This document shows, one piece after another, positions 56,751-64,000 of a DNA stretch of 64,000 nucleotides. The notes under the pieces are model-generated. The model made no database searches, was not told the DNA's origin, and saw nothing but the letters and a program-made list of their open reading frames with translations. This DNA is from an uncultured Chloroflexia bacterium (GTDB lineage Bacteria; Chloroflexota; Limnocylindria; QHBO01), in the NCBI GenBank assembly GCA_963773695.1, contig CAVZCE010000001.1, positions 36,471-100,470 of the forward strand. The letters run 5' to 3'. Every line of letters starts with the position of its first letter. Position 1 is the stretch's first letter. The translations under genes were made by a program, and so were the position numbers.

Positions 56751-59036
56751 TCAGCTCACCGGGACGACGATGACGAACTTGCCGTCCTTGTCGGGGTGCG
56801 GCCCGTCATACAGGAGATGCCACGGCAGGAAGTCCTGGGGCAGGTCGGCGATCGCCACCAGCGTGTCCGGAGGGTTCGACGCACCCCAGATGCTCGAGAT
56901 GCGCGGGTACCAGACGTCCTCGATGTAGACGCCGGTCACCGTGAAGTCGTCGGTGAGGGCCGGGTCAGCGGTGGCATGGAACCCGGACATCACCCAGGAG
57001 TGGACGCCCCTCCAGGCCATCAGCCCCGCGGGGCGGTTCGTCAGCCGGATCTGCCGCGCTGCCAGGTGGATCGCGGCCTCGAGGGTGGGCTGAATGCTCA
57101 CCTCGTAGCTGCCGTACCCGAGCCGCGTGAGTCCCGTCGCCCAGGCCTCCGGCTCGGCGCCACCCTCCCGGTCCGGCGCGATGGAGCGGGCATACGTCCA
57201 CAGCTTCTGCTGCGTCGCCTCGCTCACGTCCGCCCCGGCGTCCATGATGTTCATGCTGGTCTGCATGGCTGCCGGCAGGCACCACGTATCCCGATACTCC
57301 CGGGCGTAGTCGCCGTCGCGGTAGAGGTCCATCCCGAACGGCCCCGGCGTCGGCGACGGCATGGGGCTCAGCGTGGATGCGGGCGACCCGGACGCCGATG
57401 GCGTCGCCGTCGGCAGGGCAGGCACGGACGGGCTCGCCGGGGGCTGCGCCCGCTCCCACGGCGTGACCGATGGCGCCACGACCAGCGCCGCGTGGCCCAC
57501 GACCTGGAGGGACGCGGCGACGGCCGCGAGCACGAGCCCGGCGGCCGCCAGGCCGCCGACGATGCGGCCCGGGCTGAGGACGCCGGTGAGCCGATGCGCA
57601 CGGGAGACCCCGAGGGGAGGCCCCCAGGCCGAGGGCGCGCCGATGCGGCCCGCCCGGGGCGCCAGGGCGACAGCGAGCAGGAGCACCTTCACTCCCATCC
57701 CGACCGCGAACCCCACCGGAATGGCGGCCAGGCCGATCCGTGACGTCAGCGTGCCGGCTACAACCACCGTGGCCACGAAGCCCGCGATGGAGGCCAGCGC
57801 CGGCAGGGACGTGTTCTTCGTGGCGTACAGGGCCCGGGCGAGCAGGTGGGTGAGGCTCTCGAGCGGCACGGAGATGGCGAAGAGCGCCAGGATCCCCGAG
57901 GTGCGGGCGACATCGGCCTCGTCGAACGCGCCTCCGCCGAGGAGGACGCGGATGGCGAGCGTGCCGACGAGGGCCAGGCCCAGCCCGGCGATGGTGGTGA
58001 GCAGGCCGATGGTGGCGAGGTTCGTGCGGAAGACGCGGAGGAACGCCGGGCGGTCGCCGGCCGCGGCCGCCCGCGACAGGGCGGGAAAGGCGGCGATGGC
58101 GAACGAGGCGCCGATGAGGCTGACCGGCACGCTCTGGAAGTTGCGGGCAAAGCTCACCGAGCTGACGGAGCCGGCAGCCAGCGTCGAGGCGACCGAGGTG
58201 AAGTAGAGGAAGGTGAGCGGCTCGATGGGGTGGCTGACCATCTTCGGCACCATGAGGCGCAGGAACTCGCCCAGCCCGCGTGTGCGCAGCGCGAAGCTGG
58301 GGCGGACCCGGAAGCTGGTGCGCCGGATACCGATGAGCCGGATGGCCAGGTGCGCCACCGCTCCCGCCACCGCGCCGATGGCGGCGCCGTAGATGCCGAT
58401 CCGGCCGGAGAGCAGGACGGTGCCGGCCACGATGCCGCCGTTGTAGAGCAGGGGTGCCAGGCCGTAGGTCAGGAACCGCTGCTCGGCGATCAGCACCTCG
58501 CCGAGGACGATGGAGGCGGCGAAGATGACCGGGGTCACGCACATCACGCGGAAGAGGCCGATGTACAGGTCGCGCTGCGCCCCGCCGAAGCCGGGCGCGA
58601 TGAGCGCCGCCGACTGCGGCGCGAAGACGAAGAGCGCCAGGGCGGCCACGGCCATGACTCCCACGGCCAGGGTGAGCACGGTCCGGCCGAAGGCGCGCGC
58701 GGTCTCCGCCGCCTCCGCCGACTCGCCGCGCAGCCCGGTGAAGATCGGTACGAACGGAGCCACGAGCCCGCCCGCGACGAGGACGTCCAAAGCAAGCTCG
58801 GGGAGGACGAAGGCCGCGTTGTACGCGTCGAGCTCCGGCCCGGCGCCGAAGGTGCGCGCGAAGATCCGGTCGCGGACCAGACCCATCAGGTAGCTGCCGA
58901 AGGTGAGGCTGGCGAGGAGGACGGCGCCGCCGGGCAGGGCACGCGCCAGCAGCTCGCGGCCGCGCTGGACCATCGATGCGGGCTGCGCCGGGTCCGGCGC
59001 CGTGGCCTGCCCCTCCCCTCTCACGCGGCGGATCAT
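56751..59036 (-). CDS. murJ: MurJ/MviN lipid II flippase fused to a C39-like peptidase domain
   Basis: MGLVRDRI.A..FGAG.ELDAYNAAF..P, FVPIF, A..AFP.LS; then TM, Pro/Ser linker, WCLPAA...HSWVMSG...IED. Confidence 0.85.
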   Translation of the reverse strand: MIRRVRGEGQATAPDPAQPASMVQRGRELLARALPGGAVLLASLTFGSYLMGLVRDRIFARTFGAGPELDAYNAAFVLPELALDVLVAGGLVAPFVPIFTGLRGESAEAAETARAFGRTVLTLAVGVMAVAALALFVFAPQSAALIAPGFGGAQRDLYIGLFRVMCVTPVIFAASIVLGEVLIAEQRFLTYGLAPLLYNGGIVAGTVLLSGRIGIYGAAIGAVAGAVAHLAIRLIGIRRTSFRVRPSFALRTRGLGEFLRLMVPKMVSHPIEPLTFLYFTSVASTLAAGSVSSVSFARNFQSVPVSLIGASFAIAAFPALSRAAAAGDRPAFLRVFRTNLATIGLLTTIAGLGLALVGTLAIRVLLGGGAFDEADVARTSGILALFAISVPLESLTHLLARALYATKNTSLPALASIAGFVATVVVAGTLTSRIGLAAIPVGFAVGMGVKVLLLAVALAPRAGRIGAPSAWGPPLGVSRAHRLTGVLSPGRIVGGLAAAGLVLAAVAASLQVVGHAALVVAPSVTPWERAQPPASPSVPALPTATPSASGSPASTLSPMPSPTPGPFGMDLYRDGDYAREYRDTWCLPAAMQTSMNIMDAGADVSEATQQKLWTYARSIAPDREGGAEPEAWATGLTRLGYGSYEVSIQPTLEAAIHLAARQIRLTNRPAGLMAWRGVHSWVMSGFHATADPALTDDFTVTGVYIEDVWYPRISSIWGASNPPDTLVAIADLPQDFLPWHLLYDGPHPDKDGKFVIVVPVS

Positions 59037-59122
59037 GGGGGCCCGCGGGGCCCGAACGCAAGGGCGCGAAGTACCGGGCCGGGCCCCGCCATGTGGGGGA
59101 GAGACGCGGGGTCAGCCGCGCG

Positions 59123-60130
59123 TCAGGACGCCGGGGTGGCCGAGGCTGCCGGGCCGGTCGACTGCGCCGGAGCGCTGGACTGCGCCTGGGAGAGGAGGGC
59201 GCGAACCATGGTGGCCCGCGGGTCGTCCGGGGCCGCCGCCAGGAACGCGTTGAACTGCCTGATCGCCTCCGCATCGTCCCGGGTCCCCTGGAGCGCGATC
59301 ACGCCGCGGAAGAACGGGATGTCCGGGGAGTCCTTGGCGATCCTGGCGTAGGCGTCCGTCGCAGCTGCGGCGTCCTTCCAGTCCGCCACCTGGATGTAAG
59401 CGGTGATGAGCCGCTGGTAGGCGCTCGCGTTCCCGGAATCCAGGCTGATCAGCGCGAGAAGCATCTGCGCCCCACGCGCGATGTCGTCGCTGGTCCCGCC
59501 GGCGAGGTACGCGTCGGCCAGCTTCGAGAGCGCCGCCGTGTCGGTCGGGTTGCGGGTGAGCACGCCGAGCTCCTGCTGGATGGTCGCCTGGCGATCCGCC
59601 TCCTGCTTCTGCTGGTCGGCGAGCGCCTGGTTGACGCGGACCGGGTTCGCCAGGCTGAACGGCGCCGGCAGCGCAAAGCCCACGATCACCGCGACGACGA
59701 GCACGGCAGCGGCGGCGACGATCCGTCGTCCGGGGACCGCTCCCCGGCGGGTCGCGTTGCCCGGGGCCGCGGCGCCGGAACGGGCCGCCTCCAGCTCGGA
59801 AAGCGTCTCGGTGGCGCGTCGCTCCGCGGCCTCGCGCTGCTCGGCATGCGCGGCGTCGTCGAGGGATCCGGCCCGCCAGTCGGCGTCGACGTCGCGGACC
59901 GCCTCGAGCGCCACGCGGTGCCTGATGAGCAGCACCTCGAGGTCCCCGGAGGCATCCACGCCGGACGCGTCAGCGGCATCAGGGTCTGCGGCACCGGGGT
60001 CCGCGGCATTCGCGGCCGCGGCGTCGCCCCTGGCGGCTGCGCGGCGACGGCGAACGAACGGGGTCGCGACCACAGCGGCCACGACGCCGCCGACGACCAG
60101 GAGCAGGACGAGCTCGCCGAGATCAGGCAT
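59123..60130 (-). CDS. CcmI/CycH-like TPR membrane protein
   Basis: Two TMs, D.D...G.L, TPR-like C-terminus; in the ccm cluster. Confidence 0.75.
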   Translation of the reverse strand: MPDLGELVLLLVVGGVVAAVVATPFVRRRRAAARGDAAAANAADPGAADPDAADASGVDASGDLEVLLIRHRVALEAVRDVDADWRAGSLDDAAHAEQREAAERRATETLSELEAARSGAAAPGNATRRGAVPGRRIVAAAAVLVVAVIVGFALPAPFSLANPVRVNQALADQQKQEADRQATIQQELGVLTRNPTDTAALSKLADAYLAGGTSDDIARGAQMLLALISLDSGNASAYQRLITAYIQVADWKDAAAATDAYARIAKDSPDIPFFRGVIALQGTRDDAEAIRQFNAFLAAAPDDPRATMVRALLSQAQSSAPAQSTGPAASATPAS

Positions 60131-60614
60131 CCAGGGCCTCCACCTCGTCGCGGACCCGCTGGCGAGCGGCCGTGGCGTCGGCGTCTCCCTCCGTTCCCGC
60201 GCCACCCTCCGTGCCCGTTGCACGGGTGCGGCGCCGACCCAGAGCGAGCCAGGCGACGAGTCCGGCGGCGGCGAGCGCCACCACCGCGAAGGGGATTGCC
60301 AGCCAGAGCGGAGACGAGGGCTCGAGCAGGATCCACTGCCCGTAGCGGGAGATGAAGTACTCCCGCACCTGGCCGGGGGTACGGCCGGCCTGCAGCTGGG
60401 TGACGATCTCCGAGCGGATGGCTCCGGCAGAGGTGGTATGCGACTCGGCGATCGAGAGACCCTGGCAGTCAGGGCAGCGCAGCTGCGATTCGAGCTCCGC
60501 CGCCTGCTGCGCCAGGCCGGGCGCCGGCGTGGGACGCAGCGTGCCGATGACGAGCACGGCGACGAGCGCCAGCAGCGAAATGGCTGCCACCGTGAAGGCG
60601 CCCTGCCGGATCAC
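60123..60614 (-). CDS. ccmH: Cytochrome c biogenesis protein CcmH
   Basis: LRCPDCQGLSIAES, RYG..ILL.P. Confidence 0.9.
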   Translation of the reverse strand: MIRQGAFTVAAISLLALVAVLVIGTLRPTPAPGLAQQAAELESQLRCPDCQGLSIAESHTTSAGAIRSEIVTQLQAGRTPGQVREYFISRYGQWILLEPSSPLWLAIPFAVVALAAAGLVAWLALGRRRTRATGTEGGAGTEGDADATAARQRVRDEVEALDA

Positions 60615-61162
60615 CGTGCCGCCACCTGCACGCCGAGCCCGGCCAGCTGCGCCGCGACCGCGTCCGGCGTGACCGGTCCGATCTGCTTCCCGCGGATCAC
60701 GCCGTCCGCGTCGATGAAGAAGGTCTCCGGCGGACCGGTGACCCCGTAGTCGACCGCCGTGGCGCCGGTCGGATCCAGGAGGTCCGCCCATCCGCCGTCA
60801 CCGTATCGGCCCAGGAAGCCCGCCGCTCCCCGCGCGTCGTCGTTGTAGAGGATCCCGACGATGGTGACCCGGTCGCCGTAGCGCTTCGCCATGTCGAGCA
60901 GGACCGGGTGCTCCTGGGCGCAGGGCGGGCACCAGCTGGCCCAGAAGTTCACGACGAGCGGCTTGCCCGTGAGGTCCGCGGAGGAGACCGTGGACCCGTC
61001 CAGTGCCGCCAGGCGGAAGGCCGGCATCGGCTTGCCGATGAGCGGCGAGGGGATCACGCCGGGGTCGTGGCCGAAGCCGACGAAGAGGACGGCCACGAGG
61101 GGCAGCACCACGACGGGCACGATGACCCAGCGGAGCGGTCGCCACAGGCTGCTGCCAGGCAT
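60611..61162 (-). CDS. ccmG: CcmG/DsbE thiol-disulfide oxidoreductase
   Basis: NFWASWCPPC, YGVTGPPETF. Confidence 0.88.
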   Translation of the reverse strand: MPGSSLWRPLRWVIVPVVVLPLVAVLFVGFGHDPGVIPSPLIGKPMPAFRLAALDGSTVSSADLTGKPLVVNFWASWCPPCAQEHPVLLDMAKRYGDRVTIVGILYNDDARGAAGFLGRYGDGGWADLLDPTGATAVDYGVTGPPETFFIDADGVIRGKQIGPVTPDAVAAQLAGLGVQVAAR

Positions 61163-61168
61163 CGGTCG

Positions 61169-63175
61169 CTATGCCTCCGCCGGCGTGGGGGTCGGCGCGT
61201 GCTCGGCCTCTTCCGCGACCACCGGAGCGCGCCGACGCTCGGGCCAGATGGCGAAGAGCGCGGCGAGCCCTACGATGCCGCCCCCCAGCCAGATCCACAT
61301 CACGCCGGGGTTGATGAAGACGTTGAAGGTCGCCGCCTTGCTCGCCGCGTCGTAGCCGATCAGCGTGACGTAGAGGTCCTCGCCCAGTGAGGTCCGCACG
61401 GCGGGGGTGGCGATGAGCGTGTCGGAGTTCGGATAGTCGCGCAGCGCGGTCGCCAGGCTGCCCGACTGGGGCCCGGTGTAGTCGACCCGTGCCTGTGACT
61501 CGATAACGCGTGCGTCGTCGGGGAGCGGCTGCGTGACGAGGTCGCGGTAGGTGAGGGTGTAGGCCCCGATGGTGATCGTCTGTCCGGGCGTGACGGTCGC
61601 CGACGTCTTCACGCCCTGCGTGGCGCTGATGGAGATCGCCACGGCCATGACGAGGATGCCGGCATGGACCGCGTAGCCCCCGTAGCGTCGCCGGTTGCGG
61701 GTCGCCAGCCGCCAGAGCGCCAGGGGCGCCATCTCGTGCCGGCTGCGCCGGCGCGCGAGCATCCCGCGCAGCAGCTCGTCGCCCATGACGAGCGCCACGA
61801 AGGCCGCCAGGCCCATGGTGGCGAGCGGCGCCGCATCGCGCAGGCCCAGGGCCATGGCCGCCACGATGACCGCCACTCCGGCGAGGACGGGGATCCCGAA
61901 GCGCTCGCGAGCGGTCCGCCAGCTGGCACCCCCCCACGGTAACGCGGGCCCGACGCCCATCAGGAAGACGAGGGCCAGGAAGATCGGAACGTTGACCCGG
62001 TTGAACCACGGCGCCCCGACACTGATCGTGTCCCCCTTCGTCAGCTCGACGATCAGCGGCAGGAGCGTGCCGAAGAGGACCGCGAACGTGATGCCCAGGA
62101 AGAGGACGTTGTTGAAGAGGAACGCCGACTCGCGGCTGACCGTGGCCGCGGGCCGGTCGCGGTCGGCGAGGTCGGGGAGGCGCCAGACGAGGAGGGTCAG
62201 CCCGCCGCCCAGGGAGATGACGATCGCCGCCAGGAACCAGGGCCCGATGGCGGACTGGGTGAACGAGTGGACGCTCTGCACCACGCCCGAGCGGGTGAGG
62301 AAGGTCCCCACGATGGTGAGGACGAAGGTCGCCAGGATGAGCGCCGAGCTCCAGATCTTCAGCGCGCCGCGGCGCTCCGCGACCATCGAGGAGTGGATGA
62401 AGGCGGTGGCGGTGAGCCAGGGCAGGAGCGCGGCGTTCTCCACGGGGTCCCACGCCCAGTAGCCGCCCCAGCCGAGCACCTCGTAGCTCCACCAGGCGCC
62501 GGCGGTGATCCCCAGCGTGAGGAAGATCCACGGCACGATGGTCCAGCGACGCACGACGGCGAGCCACTCCTCGTCCGTCCGGCGGGTGATGAGGGCGGCC
62601 ATCCCGAAGCCGAACGGCACCGCCATCCCCGTGTAGCCCAGGTAGAGGAGCGGCGGGTGCAGGCCCATGAACGGATGGTTCTGCAGGAGCGCGTTGGGTC
62701 CCGCGCCCTCCGTCGCCACCGGCGTGGTCCGGATGAACGGGTTCCCGGGCCAGATCATCACGGCGAAGAGGAAGACGGCGATGAGCGCCAGGGTCGCGCC
62801 CGCCCAGGGCATGAGCGCCGGATGACGGTCGCGGTAGCGCCACAGGACAAGGCTGGCCCAGGCGGTGAGGAGGAGCGTCCAGAACAGGATGGAGCCCTCC
62901 AGCGCCGCCCACAGGCTGATGACGCTGAAGAACGGCGGCGTGGTGGTCGCGTTGTTGTTCAGGACGTAGAGGATCGAGAAGTCGTGCGTCAGGAGCGCCG
63001 TGACCATGGCACCCGAGGCCAGGAGTGCCATCCCGAAGGTGAGGTACACGGCGCGACGGGCGGAGGCCAGCAGGGTCGGGTCGGCGCGGCGGCCCCCGGC
63101 GACGAAGGCGAACGCGGCGAAGACGCTCGTGGCCAGCCCCACGACGATGGCGACGTGACCGATGGTGGCGAGCAT
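61169..63175 (-). CDS. ccmF: Heme lyase CcmF
   Basis: WGGYWAWDPVEN, HPPLLY.GY, SVHSF. Confidence 0.96.
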   Translation of the reverse strand: MLATIGHVAIVVGLATSVFAAFAFVAGGRRADPTLLASARRAVYLTFGMALLASGAMVTALLTHDFSILYVLNNNATTTPPFFSVISLWAALEGSILFWTLLLTAWASLVLWRYRDRHPALMPWAGATLALIAVFLFAVMIWPGNPFIRTTPVATEGAGPNALLQNHPFMGLHPPLLYLGYTGMAVPFGFGMAALITRRTDEEWLAVVRRWTIVPWIFLTLGITAGAWWSYEVLGWGGYWAWDPVENAALLPWLTATAFIHSSMVAERRGALKIWSSALILATFVLTIVGTFLTRSGVVQSVHSFTQSAIGPWFLAAIVISLGGGLTLLVWRLPDLADRDRPAATVSRESAFLFNNVLFLGITFAVLFGTLLPLIVELTKGDTISVGAPWFNRVNVPIFLALVFLMGVGPALPWGGASWRTARERFGIPVLAGVAVIVAAMALGLRDAAPLATMGLAAFVALVMGDELLRGMLARRRSRHEMAPLALWRLATRNRRRYGGYAVHAGILVMAVAISISATQGVKTSATVTPGQTITIGAYTLTYRDLVTQPLPDDARVIESQARVDYTGPQSGSLATALRDYPNSDTLIATPAVRTSLGEDLYVTLIGYDAASKAATFNVFINPGVMWIWLGGGIVGLAALFAIWPERRRAPVVAEEAEHAPTPTPAEA

Positions 63176-63187
63176 GACGGCGCGGGC

Positions 63188-63655
63188 CTAGCCGCCGTTC
63201 CCGGTCGGGACCAGGTGCGACGGGAGTGCGCCGTTCGTCGGCGCGACGTACTGCTCGTTGTGCTTGATCAGGATCTGGGTCGCTGCGAAGGTGCCGTCAC
63301 TGCCCAGCGTGCCTTCCACCACCGCACCGGCGTCCGGCTTGGGGCACTGGACCGCCTGCCCCGCCGCGTTGCGCACCGGGATCGACCGGGTGCCATCGGT
63401 CAGGGTGAAGCGGACGTTGCCGTCGGTGCAGTCGAGGGAGCCCGGCGCGACGAGCCCGCCCAGGCGCAGGGTCTGCCCGGCCTCCCTGCTGCCCAGCGCC
63501 AGGATCTCGCTGGGGGTGCGGTAGTAGACGAGCGCGTCGCCGATGCCGCTGAAGGCGAAGTAGGCGATGACGGCGACCACCACGGCGCCGGCCACCACGA
63601 GGCCCCACCGGCTTCGCCGCGGACGCGGCGGAGGAGAGGGAGCGGCGACGCTCAT
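63188..63655 (-). CDS. ccmE: Heme chaperone CcmE
   Basis: YY.TPSE, RLGGLV, VVEG, KHNEQY (HxxxY). Confidence 0.9.
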   Translation of the reverse strand: MSVAAPSPPPRPRRSRWGLVVAGAVVVAVIAYFAFSGIGDALVYYRTPSEILALGSREAGQTLRLGGLVAPGSLDCTDGNVRFTLTDGTRSIPVRNAAGQAVQCPKPDAGAVVEGTLGSDGTFAATQILIKHNEQYVAPTNGALPSHLVPTGNGG

Positions 63656-63819
63656 TCGGCGTCCGCGGGGGGCCGCTGCTCGGCGGGGGGTGCCGCATCG
63701 CGCAGTGCGGCCTCCTCGCGCCGGCTGCGGCGCAGCCGCAGCGCGAGCGTCGCCGCGTAGACGGACAGGCCGCCCAGGATCCCCGTGAAGCCGGCGATCA
63801 CGAAGCCGACATCGGTCAT
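63652..63819 (-). CDS. CcmD-like small membrane protein
   Basis: MTDVGFVIAGFTGILGGLSVYAATL plus an Arg-rich tail; ATGA overlaps on both sides. Confidence 0.65.
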   Translation of the reverse strand: MTDVGFVIAGFTGILGGLSVYAATLALRLRRSRREEAALRDAAPPAEQRPPADAE

Positions 63820-64000
63820 GGCATCGCCTCCCGCGCACCGGGCGCATCGAGCCCGGGGCGCTCCGGACGGCCACCATCGGTCCCCGACGATCCCGCCTGT
63901 GCGCGGCGCCTGGCGGCCGCCAGCTGGCCCTGGCGCGCGAGCTCCTCGATCTCGAGCTCGCTGCGGGCAAGCTGGTAGCGGCGGATGATCAGGTAGACCC
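63816..64000 (-). CDS. C-terminus of probable CcmC (partial)
   Basis: VYLIIRRYQLARSELEIEE...; position upstream of ccmD/ccmE. Confidence 0.5.
   Translation of the reverse strand, partial: VYLIIRRYQLARSELEIEELARQGQLAAARRRAQAGSSGTDGGRPERPGLDAPGAREAMP

Overview
This is a high-GC bacterial chromosomal window. Gene content and style suggest Chloroflexota, possibly Limnocylindria-like; this is an inference. Housekeeping genes dominate: mreB, nei, murA, a complete F1Fo ATP synthase operon (atpD with a +1 frameshift), glyA, AcnX, rpiB, tsaC, prmC, prfA, rpmE, rpmA, rplU, mreD-mrdA-rodA, parS-parA-parB-gyrB...gyrA, prs, secA, prfB (programmed frameshift), ftsEX, an S41 protease, smpB, tmRNA, ldh and a system I ccm cluster. 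Four signals stand out. (1) A dispersed fixed-geometry element occurs four times: a 154-bp inverted-repeat core plus an extra arm about 50 bp away in three copies. One copy forms the 3' end of an XRE-HTH/PD-(D/E)XK nuclease gene, suggesting a REPIN/MITE-like element with a candidate cognate protein. (2) A KaiC-like ATPase, a MerR-HTH/pseudo-receiver and a lone receiver flank five 11-bp direct repeats. (3) MurJ is fused to a papain-like (C39-like) peptidase, next to a paralogous secreted peptidase. (4) A structured leader with a 13-codon uORF lies before smpB. All calls were made by eye with no database searches.
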